Shown here: one piece after another, positions 38,712 through 50,064 of the stretch
Layout: each line of letters starts with the position of its first letter
Numbering within the stretch: position 1 is the stretch's first letter
NCBI GenBank assembly: GCA_038997165.1
Contig: JAWBAK010000002.1
Location: 3,083-67,082, forward strand
Length of the DNA: 64,000 nucleotides
Direction: 5' to 3'
Origin: Candidatus Aenigmatarchaeota archaeon
GTDB lineage: Archaea > Aenigmatarchaeota > Aenigmatarchaeia > CG10238-14 > SpSt-28
Position numbers and translations under genes: made by a program
The notes under the pieces: generated by a model
Databases searched by the model: none
Seen by the model: only the letters and a program-made list of their open reading frames with translations
What the model was told of the DNA's origin: nothing

Positions 38712-39223
38712 ATTTTTAAAAATTGAGAAAATTTTGTTTGAATAATAAATGATATTTTTAAAACATCTTCAATATTTATAACTATAAAACCTTTAAGTTT
38801 TGAATTATTAATTTCTTCAATTATTTTATTTTTTATTTCGTTAGGATCTTTATAAGTATCTATTAATTTAGTTGCATAGTTCTTAATTTCATCTTCTAAT
38901 AATGTTTTATTTAAAAAATTTATAAAAACACTTTTTTCTTTATTAGCTTCTATATCTGTTTCTAATTTAATAAAACTAATAGTTTTATTAAAAATAAATA
39001 TATTGAAATCAAAAGTTAAGTTTTTAATTTTTAGAGGGCTTGGATTAAAAATTGTAATTTCTCGGATTTCTATTTCAGATTTTTGTGTTTTTTCAAAAAT
39101 TTTAGAGTTAGAAATAAAAAAGTTAATTAAAGTAAAAATCGAAAGAAAAAATAATATCAAAGAAATTAAAAACAACAAAATTGAAAATATAAATAATAAT
39201 TTATTAATTAACTTTATTTTCAT
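38708..39223 (-). CDS. hypothetical N-anchored membrane protein
   Basis: Long N-terminal TM; I.NPSPL.I.NLT (LEA_2-like pattern). Confidence 0.6.
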   Translation of the reverse strand: MKIKLINKLLFIFSILLFLISLILFFLSIFTLINFFISNSKIFEKTQKSEIEIREITIFNPSPLKIKNLTFDFNIFIFNKTISFIKLETDIEANKEKSVFINFLNKTLLEDEIKNYATKLIDTYKDPNEIKNKIIEEINNSKLKGFIVINIEDVLKISFIIQTKFSQFLKI

Positions 39224-39268
39224 AATAAATTTTGCATAAACTTAAATAAATACATCTAAATACTTATT

Positions 39269-39595
39269 ATGGAATTCGGAATAAAAATAAAGAAAAGAGA
39301 CGGAAAAGTTGAAGATTTTATTATAGAAAAAATTGTTGTTAGTATTTTAAGAAGTGGTGCAGATATAAAAACTGCTAGAAAAATTGCTTATATTGTTTTA
39401 GGAAAAATACTAGAAAAAAATAAGAAAGAAATTTCAACAAAAGAGCTAACAAAAATTGTACTAAACTTACTTAAAAAAGAAAATTCTATAGCATACAAGA
39501 ATTGGATTATATTTAATAAATATTTAAAGAAAAAAAGAAAAGATTTGGAAAAAGAATTATCAAAAAATTTATTAGAATACTTAAAAAAGAAATAA
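39269..39595 (+). CDS. stand-alone ATP-cone domain protein
   Basis: IKKRDGKVEDF..EKI...ISTKEL. Confidence 0.85.
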   Translation: MEFGIKIKKRDGKVEDFIIEKIVVSILRSGADIKTARKIAYIVLGKILEKNKKEISTKELTKIVLNLLKKENSIAYKNWIIFNKYLKKKRKDLEKELSKNLLEYLKKK

Positions 39596-39609
39596 AAGAG
39601 GGGAAGGAA

Positions 39610-40761
39610 TTATTTAAGTACTTCAATTCCAAGCAAACTACTTGTTTCTCTTGTTAAAGCTCTTTCAGTTGAAATTCTTCCTAAAATATATGGAGACTTT
39701 ACTCCAGTAACTATTGTAATAACTTGAATTCTTCCTTCGTATTCTGGCATAATTCTTGCTCCTACAAAAACTGTTGCACTAGGATCTAATTGAGAGTATA
39801 CATGATGCATTATTTGATGCACTTCTTCTAATTTCAAATCTTCTCCACCAGTTACATGCACTAATGCACCAGCAGCTCCTGTATAATCAACATCTATTAA
39901 TGGATTTTGCAATGCTTTCATAACAGCATCTCTTGCTCTATCGCTCGAAGAGCTTTCAGCTATTCCTAGTGCTGCAACACCACCACCTGTACTCATTACA
40001 CTTCTTACATCTGCATAATCTAAGTTAATTAAACTAGGTAACGTTATTGTTTCGGTAATTCCTTTTATCATATTAGCAACTAATTCATCTGCAACTGCAA
40101 AAGCTTGTTGCAATGTTAAATTTCCAGCATATTTTAGTAATCTATCGTTTTCAATAACAATAACAGTATCAGCATGTTCTCTTAATCTAGCTAATCCTTC
40201 TTCAGCTTTGAATCTTCTAGATCCTTCTGCACTAAATGGCATTTCAACAACTCCAATAACTAATGCTCCCATAGATTTTGCTATCTCTGCAACTACTGGA
40301 GCAGCTCCAGTACCAGTACCTTTTCCTAATCCAGCTAATACAAAAACCATGTCTGCTCCTTCTATAGCTTCTTTAATTTCGTTTCTACTTTCTTCAGCAG
40401 CTTTTCTTCCAACTTCAGGAATTCCACCACAACCTAAACCCCTTGTTAATTCTCTTCCTATTAAAATTCTTTTATCTGCTTTTGTTACAGCTAAATGTTT
40501 TGCATCAGTATTTAATGCTACAGTGGTAGCTCCATAAACTCCTAATTCATGCAATCTTGTAATTGTATTGCAACCAGCACCCCCAACACCTACTGCAACA
40601 ATTTTTGCTTTTTTAACATCTACACCAAATTGTTCTTTTGCTAATTGAAAATAATCTACATCTTTTCTAATTACTCCACTAGAAACTTTTGCAGCTAATC
40701 TTAAGTTTGGATTTTCTTCTTCAAGTGCTCTTCTTAGTGCAGATTTTATTATTGTCTCCAT
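39610..40761 (-). CDS. ftsZ: cell division protein FtsZ
   Basis: GVGGAGCN, NTD, GLGKGTGTGAAP, INLDYAD. Confidence 0.97.
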   Translation of the reverse strand: METIIKSALRRALEEENPNLRLAAKVSSGVIRKDVDYFQLAKEQFGVDVKKAKIVAVGVGGAGCNTITRLHELGVYGATTVALNTDAKHLAVTKADKRILIGRELTRGLGCGGIPEVGRKAAEESRNEIKEAIEGADMVFVLAGLGKGTGTGAAPVVAEIAKSMGALVIGVVEMPFSAEGSRRFKAEEGLARLREHADTVIVIENDRLLKYAGNLTLQQAFAVADELVANMIKGITETITLPSLINLDYADVRSVMSTGGGVAALGIAESSSSDRARDAVMKALQNPLIDVDYTGAAGALVHVTGGEDLKLEEVHQIMHHVYSQLDPSATVFVGARIMPEYEGRIQVITIVTGVKSPYILGRISTERALTRETSSLLGIEVLK

Positions 40762-40933
40762 TGTTTTATCGAAATCTATATATTTATGTTCTACGATTAT
40801 CTATTTAGAAGCTTCAGAGCCTAAAAGGTGCCATTATCTCCTAAAGAATTTCGACCCCCCTATAAAATTTCTCTTTGTTTATAGGATTTATTATTTTCTA
40901 TAAAAAATTGTATAAATGCAATTTAAATTTTCG

Positions 40934-41554
40934 CTATTTTAATTCGATAAAAGAAACGTAACAAATAAACTTTTTTTCAATTCTTTTACCTATTTTTTTA
41001 ATTTTATAAAGTTTTTGATTAAAATTTTCGATTATAGGAACTAGCAAGATACCATTATCTTTTAGTTGATTAACCCAAAATGGTGAAATTTCTTTTGTAG
41101 CGGCGCTTACAGCAATTTTATCAAATGGGCTATATTCTTCTAAGCCGTATTTTCCATCTCTTAGAAAAATCTTACATTTATCTATATAATTGGTTTTTTC
41201 CAAATTTCTTTTTCCAAATTCAAAAACATCTTTATCTATTTCTATTCCATAAACTTCTCTTTTTGTAATTTCATAGGCATAAGCTAATAAAATTCCTGAA
41301 CCAAATCCTATTTCTAAAAATTTATCGTCTTTTTTTAATTCTAATTCTTCCAAATATATTGCATGCATGTGTGGAGCAGAAATCGTGGCATCTTTAACAA
41401 TAGGCAATGGCATATCTAAATATGCTTTATCTTTTAAATCTTCTCTAACAAAATCTCTTCTATCAACTTTGAGAAACGCTTCTTTAACTTCTTTTCTTTT
41501 AATAATTTTTTCTTTTTCTAATTTTTCAACCAACGCTTCTAAACTATAATGCAT
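40934..41554 (-). CDS. pcm: protein-L-isoaspartate O-methyltransferase
   Basis: AYLDMPLPI, TISAPHM, LEIGFGSG, PFDKI. Confidence 0.93.
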   Translation of the reverse strand: MHYSLEALVEKLEKEKIIKRKEVKEAFLKVDRRDFVREDLKDKAYLDMPLPIVKDATISAPHMHAIYLEELELKKDDKFLEIGFGSGILLAYAYEITKREVYGIEIDKDVFEFGKRNLEKTNYIDKCKIFLRDGKYGLEEYSPFDKIAVSAATKEISPFWVNQLKDNGILLVPIIENFNQKLYKIKKIGKRIEKKFICYVSFIELK

Positions 41555-41557
41555 AAA

Positions 41558-43288
41558 TTAAACAAGTTTCCATTCTTTTAATAATTCTTTTTCTTCTTCG
41601 CTTAAATAATCAAAATATTTTTTAAGTATTTCTAAATCTTTTTGAGAAATATCAGAAACTAAAATATCATCTTCTTCGAAAGTTCTTCCTATAATAGCGT
41701 TTTCTATACTAATTGCAACTTTTTCATTTTTAGTAGCAAATTCAATACTTCTATTTTCTTTTTGTATATCGTTAACAATTCCTACTTCTTTTCCATCTTC
41801 TCTTTTTAATTTAACACCTTTAAATAATCTACCTTTTAATATTTCAACACCAAAAATCGCAGGATTACTTCTTCTAAATATAAAACCTTTTAACACTTTA
41901 ATAATTACAGGTCTATTAATTTTCGATAATTCATATTTTGCTTCATTTCTCTTTTTTTCTTCTAAATAATTTTTTATTTCTTCAACAATTCTATAAATTA
42001 CATTTCCTTCAATAATTTTTACATTTTTTTGATTTAATGTTTCTCTTTCTTCTTCGCTTATTTGAACATTAAATAAAACTAAAATTTTATATTTTTCGTC
42101 TCTAATTAAATCTAAATCAATAATATCTTCTTTCTTTAATTTCCCAACACCAGTTTTTTTAATTGGTATTTTCTCTTTTTCTAACATATTAATTATAGCT
42201 TCTAAACTTCCAAGAGTATCTGCTTTTACTATTATTCCATCTAATTCTTTTTTAAAAATTATGTTTTCGAAACTCATTTTTAATTCATTTTTTAATTTTT
42301 CAATTTCTTTTTCATCCTTTATAACTCTAAATTCACTACCAGCAATTACATTTTCTAAATTATCAGCAAAAATTCTTATACCGGCAGAGGCTACTATTTC
42401 GTTAACATACTCAAATTCTTTTTCATATCTAATGTCTTTTAATTCTTTAGGAACCATTATGAATTTTATTTTTGTTATTATTGGTTCATGTGAAGCAATT
42501 ACTATTGAATCTCCTTTTTTTAATTTTCCATCATAAAGAATGCAATCAGCAACAATGCCTAAACCTTTTTGTTCTCTTAATTCTAAGATTATTCCTTTTG
42601 TTTCTTGAGAAATGTATAGTCTGTCTTTAAGAAATATTTGAGATAATCCACTAATAATTAGTAATAGTTCAGCTAACCCTTCTTTTGTTTTAGCAGAAAC
42701 AGGCACTATTGGTATTTGTGATTTGAAATCGGTAATTCTATCGAATCTTTCACTAATAAAATTAAACTCATATAGTTTTGCAACTATTTCGTATAATTTT
42801 TTATCTAATTCGAAAATCGTTTGTTGAGATTGAAATAGTACACTTTCTAAAAAAGATAAAGAATTAGAATTTTTCCAATTTGGCAATTTATCAATTTTAT
42901 TTAAAGCAATTAAAAAAGGAATTTTATAATTCTTTAAAATTTCTAAGCATTCTATGGTTTGTTCTTCGATACCTTCAATTATATCAATAACTAAAATTGC
43001 AATATCAGAAATACTTCCACCTCTTTTTCTTAAGTGAGAAAATGCTGCGTGACCTGGAGTGTCAATTAATAATATTCCATTGAATTTTATTTCAAATTTA
43101 AATTTTTTTAATAAATCTCCACAAATTTTTTCTATTACATTTTTTGGAATGAAAGTTGAAGAAATGTGTTGAGTAATTTGTCCTGGTTCTTTTAAAGCAA
43201 CTAAAGAATTTCTTATAGCGTCAGCTAAAGAAGTTTTGCCATGATCAACATGACCCATTAATGTTACTATTGGTGCTCTTAGCTCCAT
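41558..43288 (-). CDS. infB: translation initiation factor aIF5B
   Basis: GHVDHGKT, DTPGH, NKID, KADTLGSLEA, FRRSNPAI. Confidence 0.96.
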   Translation of the reverse strand: MELRAPIVTLMGHVDHGKTSLADAIRNSLVALKEPGQITQHISSTFIPKNVIEKICGDLLKKFKFEIKFNGILLIDTPGHAAFSHLRKRGGSISDIAILVIDIIEGIEEQTIECLEILKNYKIPFLIALNKIDKLPNWKNSNSLSFLESVLFQSQQTIFELDKKLYEIVAKLYEFNFISERFDRITDFKSQIPIVPVSAKTKEGLAELLLIISGLSQIFLKDRLYISQETKGIILELREQKGLGIVADCILYDGKLKKGDSIVIASHEPIITKIKFIMVPKELKDIRYEKEFEYVNEIVASAGIRIFADNLENVIAGSEFRVIKDEKEIEKLKNELKMSFENIIFKKELDGIIVKADTLGSLEAIINMLEKEKIPIKKTGVGKLKKEDIIDLDLIRDEKYKILVLFNVQISEEERETLNQKNVKIIEGNVIYRIVEEIKNYLEEKKRNEAKYELSKINRPVIIKVLKGFIFRRSNPAIFGVEILKGRLFKGVKLKREDGKEVGIVNDIQKENRSIEFATKNEKVAISIENAIIGRTFEEDDILVSDISQKDLEILKKYFDYLSEEEKELLKEWKLV

Positions 43289-43319
43289 AAACTTCCATAA
43301 GCAAAAGATTTATTTTAGA

Positions 43320-44360
43320 TTATAAAATAAGTTTTGCAACAAATTTACTTCCTTTTATTCCATCTACTCTTTTTATTTCTATTATATTTTTGTTTACTAA
43401 ATCTTTTAGTAAATAGTTAAACATTCTTCTTTTAATATTAAATTTTTTGTTTATTATTTCAAAAAGCTCTGTAGTTGTCATTTCTTTTTCTTTTAATAAA
43501 TTAATTATTTCTTTTTGTCTTTCATCATAAATTAACTTAATTTTTTCATCCAAAGTATCAATTTTTTTCTTTTCAAAATTTTTGATTACTTCTTTAATTA
43601 TTTCAACACTTAATTTATTTTCATTTTTATCTAATAAAATTTCTAGTGCTTTTTTTAAAACTTTCAAAATTATTCTTACATCACTATTGTAATTATAAGC
43701 TAGGTTTGCAATTAGAGTTATTGCAGCTTTATCATAATTATTTTGAAAAATTAATTTTACTCTCTCTTCAGCAATTGTTTTAAGCTGTTCAAAAGTATAT
43801 TGTTTAAATTCTAATTCATCAAAATTTAATGAACTTAAAACTCTTTGATCTAAATTTAAAATAAAATCTTTATTATTTGAAATTAAAATCAAATAAGGAT
43901 AATAATTATATAAAAAGGTCATTCTTGAAAAAATATAAAGAATTTCATTTATATCTTTAACTTTATCTATTTCATCTATACATATTACAATCTTTAAATT
44001 TGAATTTTTTAAATAATTGACAATTCTTTCTAATATTTCTTCTTTTGAAACACCCCTTATTTCTAAAATTTTTAATTCTTCTGCGATTTTAGATAATAAT
44101 AGCGATGAAGTATTATAAACGAAAGCATTAAGATAAACATATTTAACTCCTAATATTTGAAAATTTTTAAAAACATATTTAACGCTAGCTGTTTTTCCAA
44201 GACCACTACTTCCAAAAATTAAAAGATAAGTTGGTTTAAAATTTTTGGAATATTTTTCAATCTTATCTTTAATAAAGAGAATTTGAGATTCTCTAAATGG
44301 TAATTTTTCTGGGATATAATTTTCATCTAAAAAATCAAAGATATTTTCTACAGCGCTCAT
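43320..44360 (-). CDS. cdc6: Orc1/Cdc6 family AAA+ ATPase
   Basis: YIPEKLPFRE, GSSGLGKT, IDEID, LDQRVLSSL, DVR, C-terminal wH. Confidence 0.9.
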   Translation of the reverse strand: MSAVENIFDFLDENYIPEKLPFRESQILFIKDKIEKYSKNFKPTYLLIFGSSGLGKTASVKYVFKNFQILGVKYVYLNAFVYNTSSLLLSKIAEELKILEIRGVSKEEILERIVNYLKNSNLKIVICIDEIDKVKDINEILYIFSRMTFLYNYYPYLILISNNKDFILNLDQRVLSSLNFDELEFKQYTFEQLKTIAEERVKLIFQNNYDKAAITLIANLAYNYNSDVRIILKVLKKALEILLDKNENKLSVEIIKEVIKNFEKKKIDTLDEKIKLIYDERQKEIINLLKEKEMTTTELFEIINKKFNIKRRMFNYLLKDLVNKNIIEIKRVDGIKGSKFVAKLIL

Positions 44361-44391
44361 AATTAAATATTTAAAGTCAGTGTAATGTTTT

Positions 44392-45492
44392 ATGGATATA
44401 AATGAGAGGTTAAAATTGATTAAATTACCACCAACTGAAGAAATAATTACAGAAAAAGAATTGATTGAATTATTACAAACAAAAAATAATATAGTTGCAT
44501 ACGATGGATTTGAACCAAGCGGATTACTTCATTTAGGTAGCGGAATATTAAGATCGATAAAAACTAATGATTTTATAGAAGCCAAAATTAGATTTATAAT
44601 TTATATTGCGGATTGGTTTGCATATTTAAATAATAAATTTGGTGGAAACCTAGAATTAATTAAAAAAGCAGGAGAATATTTTATCGAAGGTTGGAAGGCT
44701 TGTGGAATGAAAGTAGATAAAGTAGAGTTTGTTTGGTGTAGCGATTTAATTAAAGATCCAGAATATTGGGAAATGTTTTTGAAGATATCTAAATTAGTAA
44801 CTATTAATAGAGTAAGAAGAGCTGTAACTGTTGCTGGCAGACAAAGCATTGAGATTAAAAATCCAAGCTTATTAATTTATCCCTTAATGCAAGCAACAGA
44901 TATTTTTATGCTAAATAATAAAGAAGGTATTGATATTTGTCAACTTGGTATGGATCAAAGAAAAGTTAATATGCTAGCTAGAGAAATAGCCGAAATTTTA
45001 GGAAGAAAAAAACCAATAGCTGTTCATCATCATTTATTATTAGGTTTACAAGCCGGAGAAAGAATGGGTAAATTTGACGAAGATGAAAAAGTAAATAGAG
45101 AAATAAGTTTTAAAATGAGTAAAAGTAAACCAGAAACAGCAATATTTATTCATGATAGTGAAGAAGATGTTAAAAGAAAAATTTTAAATGCTTTTTGTCC
45201 ACCTAAGCAAATAGAAATGAATCCAATTTTAGAAATTTGTAAATATATTATTTTTAGAAAATTTGATAGAATGATTATTAAAAGAGAGGAAAAATATGGT
45301 GGAAATATCGAAATCTTAAGTTATGAAGAATTAGAAAAATTATATATTGATGGAAAAATTCATCCATTAGATCTAAAAAATGCTGTAATAGAATATTTAA
45401 ATATAATTTTAGAACCAATTAGAAATTACTTTGAAAAAGAAAAAGCAAGAAAATTATATGAAATAGTAAAAACAGCACAGATTACCAGATAA
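44392..45492 (+). CDS. tyrS: tyrosine--tRNA ligase
   Basis: AYDGFEPSG..HLG, YPLMQATD, GMDQRK, KMSKS. Confidence 0.96.
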   Translation: MDINERLKLIKLPPTEEIITEKELIELLQTKNNIVAYDGFEPSGLLHLGSGILRSIKTNDFIEAKIRFIIYIADWFAYLNNKFGGNLELIKKAGEYFIEGWKACGMKVDKVEFVWCSDLIKDPEYWEMFLKISKLVTINRVRRAVTVAGRQSIEIKNPSLLIYPLMQATDIFMLNNKEGIDICQLGMDQRKVNMLAREIAEILGRKKPIAVHHHLLLGLQAGERMGKFDEDEKVNREISFKMSKSKPETAIFIHDSEEDVKRKILNAFCPPKQIEMNPILEICKYIIFRKFDRMIIKREEKYGGNIEILSYEELEKLYIDGKIHPLDLKNAVIEYLNIILEPIRNYFEKEKARKLYEIVKTAQITR

Positions 45493-45552
45493 TATTTATC
45501 ATTATTTGTTACTACTGAAAAGTATTTATATTTTTTCTTTCTTAAATATAGT

Positions 45553-45909
45553 ATGTTCAAAGGACCTTGTGGAAAAGTAAAAGACTGGAAAGAGTTGTTA
45601 GATGAAAATACAAAGCAAACTTTAAAGGAATTGATTCAGAAAACTCAACTCTATATGCCAGCAATATGTGCAGCAGATGATGTAAAAATAGCCCAACTTT
45701 GGATAGCTTTAGTAATGTTAAAAAAAGAATTGGATGAAAAATCAAAGCTTTTAGAAATTGCAGTACAACCTTGGAAAGCAATAATAGAAATAGGAGAAAC
45801 AGAAAAGAGAAAAACTATTGAAAGAATAGTTAGCGATATAATTCAACCAAAAGATAAAGAACAAAAAGAAATTGTTGATAAGTTGGTAGATTCATTAATG
45901 AAATTCTAA
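45553..45909 (+). CDS. hypothetical helical protein
   Basis: 118-aa ORF with normal codon use; A.DVKIAQLWIAL. Confidence 0.7.
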   Translation: MFKGPCGKVKDWKELLDENTKQTLKELIQKTQLYMPAICAADDVKIAQLWIALVMLKKELDEKSKLLEIAVQPWKAIIEIGETEKRKTIERIVSDIIQPKDKEQKEIVDKLVDSLMKF

Positions 45910-45933
45910 TCTTTTTTTATTTTTTTATTTGTA

Positions 45934-47124
45934 TTAAATTTTTATTAAATGTAATTTTTGAATGTTATTATCTTTTATTAATACTGGTACTTCATTTAAT
46001 GTTAAGTCAGAAAATGATTCGCGCATTCCAAATAATATTTTTTCTAAGTCACTTACTTGAGAAGAAGAAATTGTAACATAAGTAAGATTTGCGGGCTCAG
46101 AAATTTTAATATTTTTTAAATTACAATTTAGTAGATTTGCTCCAGAAAGATTAGCACCGGAAAGATTTGCTCCAGAAAGATCAGCACCTTCTAGGTTAGC
46201 TCTTAAAAGATTTGCTCCAGAAAGATCTGCATTTCTTAAATTGGCTTTATAAATATCTGCTTCGGTTAAATTTGCTTTTGGGAAATTTGCTCCACGTAAT
46301 ACTGCATATTTTAAATTGGTTTGTGATAAATCTGAGCCAGAAAAATCTGCTTCTGATGCTATACTAGTACTAAGAATTGCTTTATGTAAATTCGATTCTA
46401 AAAATTTTGCTTCTAAAAGAATTGAATTATAAAGACTTGCCCCTTGTAAATTAGTATTTGTAAAAGATGCATTTTTTAAATTAGAATAATCAAGATATGC
46501 TTCTCTTAGTTCACAATCAATAAACTTTGCTTTTTCAAAATTCCCTTCAGAAATATCTGCTCTTTGGAAACCACATTTAGAAAAAGTAGCATTTTCAGCA
46601 TCTATATGTGAAAAATTTCCTTCGTTAAATAATGTATTTATAGCAGTTACGTTTCTTAATGTTGAATATTGAGAATTCGAATTTTTAAAAATACATTCTA
46701 AAAATGTTGAATTAGTAAAATTTGTATAAGGACAATATGAACCAAAAAAAGATACATTTGAAAATTTACATTCTTTAAAATTTGAACCAGAAAGATCTGT
46801 AAAGGAAAAATCTACTTTATCAAATTTTGAATAATTAAAATTTCCTCGAGAAATAACAGCTCTTGTAAAATCTACATTTTCTGCTTGTAAATTTGGTAAA
46901 GAAAGATTTGGCATTATAACTCCAATAAATAAAGAATCTCTAATAATAGTTGGTTCACAGGAAAACCTATTTTTCTTTTGTTCTTCAATAAATTTTTTAT
47001 ATTTTTCATATCTACTTAAATCATCTTCTTTCACTCTTATATTTCTTAATTCTTTTGAATGGTATAATCTTTCTATAAAATTCTCTCCATTAATTTTTTG
47101 ATATTTATTTTTTGTACTTTCCAT
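45934..47124 (-). CDS. pentapeptide repeat protein
   Basis: Long run of A(N/D)LxX repeats, e.g. ADLSGANLSGANLSGANLL. Confidence 0.93.
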   Translation of the reverse strand: MESTKNKYQKINGENFIERLYHSKELRNIRVKEDDLSRYEKYKKFIEEQKKNRFSCEPTIIRDSLFIGVIMPNLSLPNLQAENVDFTRAVISRGNFNYSKFDKVDFSFTDLSGSNFKECKFSNVSFFGSYCPYTNFTNSTFLECIFKNSNSQYSTLRNVTAINTLFNEGNFSHIDAENATFSKCGFQRADISEGNFEKAKFIDCELREAYLDYSNLKNASFTNTNLQGASLYNSILLEAKFLESNLHKAILSTSIASEADFSGSDLSQTNLKYAVLRGANFPKANLTEADIYKANLRNADLSGANLLRANLEGADLSGANLSGANLSGANLLNCNLKNIKISEPANLTYVTISSSQVSDLEKILFGMRESFSDLTLNEVPVLIKDNNIQKLHLIKI

Positions 47125-47201
47125 ACTACTTATAGGAAGTTAATTTATTTATTTTTTTCTTTTTTTAAATTACTATAAATATTTTCCTAAAACTAATATT
47201 T

Positions 47202-47528
47202 ATGGTTGAATTAAGTGAAGAAAAACAAAGAGAATTTTTAATTTTGCAGCAACAATATCAAAATGTAATTGTTGAAATAGAAACTTTAAAAATAAGAAAT
47301 AAGGAAATTGAAGAAGTTTTAGAAGAACTTCAAAAATCCGAAAGACAAGAAGCATATAAATTAATTGGAAATGTTTTAGTTAAAAAAAGTAAAGAGGAAA
47401 TAATAAATGAGCTTAAAGAAGAAAAAGAAATTATTGATTTAAGATTTAAAAATTTAGAAAAACAAAAGCAAAAATTAGAGGAAAAATTAAATGAGTTTAG
47501 AAAATTATTGGAGAAAAAAGAGAAATAA
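47202..47528 (+). CDS. pfdB: prefoldin beta subunit
   Basis: Coiled coils flanking AYKLIGNVLVK. Confidence 0.9.
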   Translation: MVELSEEKQREFLILQQQYQNVIVEIETLKIRNKEIEEVLEELQKSERQEAYKLIGNVLVKKSKEEIINELKEEKEIIDLRFKNLEKQKQKLEEKLNEFRKLLEKKEK

Positions 47529-47551
47529 TAATATTTTTTCTTTATAATATT

Positions 47552-47887
47552 ATGGTAATAAAGAAAATTGTTGAAAAACTGAAAGGAAAGAAAAGAGAAA
47601 TAGAAGAGGAAGAAGTTGAAATAGTAACACCAGAAGAAGAAAAGAAAAATAAAGTATATGTAATGAAATTAAAAGATTTTAACGATACATATCAAGTTCA
47701 AAATTTATTAAGAGAAGGATATGTTGTTATTTTGAGTATAAAAGAGTTGAAAACGAAAGATGTAAGTGAATTAAAAAGAAGTGTAGATAGAATAAGAAAA
47801 ACTGTTGAAGCTATTGGTGGAGATATTGTTGGAGTAGAAGAAGATATTATTATAGCAACACCCAGTGGAATTAAAGTAGAAAGATAA
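47552..47887 (+). CDS. sepF: cell division protein SepF
   Basis: LREGYVVI, ELKRSVD.I, GGDIVG, IIATP. Confidence 0.88.
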   Translation: MVIKKIVEKLKGKKREIEEEEVEIVTPEEEKKNKVYVMKLKDFNDTYQVQNLLREGYVVILSIKELKTKDVSELKRSVDRIRKTVEAIGGDIVGVEEDIIIATPSGIKVER

Positions 47888-47968
47888 ATTTTTAATTTTT
47901 TAGATAAAGCTTAAGTCGTTACCTAGTTGCACAGTTATCTTTAAATATACTTTTTTAAATTATTATAT

Positions 47969-49642
47969 ATGGCCGAACAACCAAAAGCCTTACTTGCTCA
48001 ACTAGGAGGACAACCAGTACTAATATTACCAGAAGGAACAATAAGAACTACAGGAAGGGATGCTCTAAGAAATAATATAGCAGCAGCAAAGGCTTTAGGA
48101 GAAACAATAAAATCAACTTTAGGACCTAAAGGAATGGATAAAATGCTAGTAGATAGCTTAGGAGATATAACAATAACAAACGATGGAGTAACAATACTAG
48201 AAGAAATGGAAATAGAACATCCAGCAGCTAAAATGTTAGTTGAAGTTGCAAAAACTTTAAATCAAGAAGTTGGTGATGGAACAACAAGTAGTGTAGTTTT
48301 TGCAAGTGAATTATTAAGAAAAGCGGAAGAATTATTAGATCAAGATATTCATCCAACTGTAATAATTAGAGGATATAGAATTGCACTAGATATTGCTAGA
48401 AAAACATTAGAAAAAATTGCAAAAAAAGTTACATTAAAGGATAGAGAAATATTAAAGAAAATTGCGCTAACTTCAATGAGTGGAAAGTCTGCATTAGCTC
48501 AAAGTCCAAAAATAATGGAAAAAATAGCAGATTTGGTTGTTGAAGCTGTATTAACTGTTGCTAAAGAAGAAAATGGAAAAATAATTATCGATAGAGAAGA
48601 TATAAAAAGAGAAAAGAAAGCAGGTGGAAGTATTGAAGATACAGAATTAATTAAAGGAATCGTAATAGATAAAGAGGTTGTTCATCCACAAATGCCAAAA
48701 GTTGTTAAAGATGCAAAAATCGCATTATTAGATACTGCATTAGAAGTTAAGGAAACAGAAACAGATGCAGAAATTAGAATTACTAAACCAGAAGAACTAA
48801 AAGCATTTCTAGCTGAAGAAGAAAAAATGCTTAAAGAAATGGTTGAAAAAATTGCAAAAGTAGGAGCTAATGTTGTATTTTGTCAAAAAGGAATAGATGA
48901 TTTAGCTCAACATTTCTTAGCTAAAAAAGGAATATTAGCTGTAAGAAGAGTTAAAAGAAGTGATATGGAAAAGTTAGCTAAAGCAACTGGAGCAAGAATT
49001 GTAACCAATTTAGATGATTTAACTGAAAAAGATTTAGGATATGCAGAAATTGTTGAAGAAAAAAGAGTTGGTGGAGAAAATATGGTATTTGTAAGAGGTT
49101 GTAAAAATCCAAAATCTGTAACTATATTAGCTAGAGGAGGTACAGAGCATGTAGTTGAAGAAATCGATAGAAGCATTGAAGATGCTATCGGTGCAGTAAC
49201 TTCTGCATTAGCAGATGGATATTTTGTTGCTGGTGGAGGAGCACCTGAAATGGAAATTGCAATTAACGTTAGAAAAGAAGCTCAAAAATACAGTGGAAGA
49301 GAACAGTTAGCAATATTAGCTTTTGCAGATGCAATAGAAGTTATTCCAAAAGCTATTGCAGAAAATGCGGGAATGGATACTATCGATATTATATTAAAAT
49401 TAAGAGCTGAACACGAAAAAGGAAATGTAACATATGGAGTAGATGTTGATAAGGGAGATGTAGGAGATATGCTAGAAAAAGGAGTAATTGAACCATTAAG
49501 AGTTAAAACACAAATGATAGCTAGTGCAACAGAAGCTGCAGAAATGATATTAAGAATAGATGATATAATTGCAGCAGGAAAATCAAAGAAAGAAGAAGGT
49601 AAAAAAGAAGAAGAGGGAGAAGAATCAGTTGGTGAAGACTAA
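47969..49642 (+). CDS. ths: thermosome (group II chaperonin) subunit
   Basis: [33 protein letters not shown]. Confidence 0.98.
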   Translation: MAEQPKALLAQLGGQPVLILPEGTIRTTGRDALRNNIAAAKALGETIKSTLGPKGMDKMLVDSLGDITITNDGVTILEEMEIEHPAAKMLVEVAKTLNQEVGDGTTSSVVFASELLRKAEELLDQDIHPTVIIRGYRIALDIARKTLEKIAKKVTLKDREILKKIALTSMSGKSALAQSPKIMEKIADLVVEAVLTVAKEENGKIIIDREDIKREKKAGGSIEDTELIKGIVIDKEVVHPQMPKVVKDAKIALLDTALEVKETETDAEIRITKPEELKAFLAEEEKMLKEMVEKIAKVGANVVFCQKGIDDLAQHFLAKKGILAVRRVKRSDMEKLAKATGARIVTNLDDLTEKDLGYAEIVEEKRVGGENMVFVRGCKNPKSVTILARGGTEHVVEEIDRSIEDAIGAVTSALADGYFVAGGGAPEMEIAINVRKEAQKYSGREQLAILAFADAIEVIPKAIAENAGMDTIDIILKLRAEHEKGNVTYGVDVDKGDVGDMLEKGVIEPLRVKTQMIASATEAAEMILRIDDIIAAGKSKKEEGKKEEEGEESVGED

Positions 49643-49645
49643 TTC

Positions 49646-50020
49646 TTAACTTTCTTTTATTTTTATTTTTTCTTCAAGTTTTTCCAATCGCTTTTTATCA
49701 TTTAAATTTAAATTTATTATCATTACTTTAGAAGGATGAATAGGCACTAATACTTCTTCTCCTCTAGCTCTTTTTCTTGTTATACCTTCAACATATACTC
49801 TTAACTTTTTATAATCAATTTTAACTATTTTTCCTTTTTTACCTTTATATTTTCCCCTCATTATTATTACTTCATCACCAACTCTTAATGGAAAACTTCT
49901 TCTTTTATACTTTTCTCTTAATTCTTTTGATAAATGTGCTGATAGCAATTTTCTTCTAATATGCCATTTAGCTTCTTTTAATTTTTTTCTTTGTTTTCTA
50001 GGCTTTTTACTTTTTGTCAT
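49646..50020 (-). CDS. rpl24: 50S ribosomal protein uL24
   Basis: SKKPRKQRK, LSKELR, GDEV.IMRG, PIHPSKV. Confidence 0.97.
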   Translation of the reverse strand: MTKSKKPRKQRKKLKEAKWHIRRKLLSAHLSKELREKYKRRSFPLRVGDEVIIMRGKYKGKKGKIVKIDYKKLRVYVEGITRKRARGEEVLVPIHPSKVMIINLNLNDKKRLEKLEEKIKIKES

Positions 50021-50064
50021 TATTATGATAAATTAATATTAAAAATTTAAACTTTTTAGTTTAA

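Noticed and set aside
40790..40870. Riboswitch or C/D sRNA upstream of ftsZ
   Set aside because: GC-richer leader with a CTGA, but no box C and no convincing fluoride-riboswitch consensus
43289..44391. Origin next to cdc6
   Set aside because: Flanking gaps are only about 30 bp with no ORB motifs
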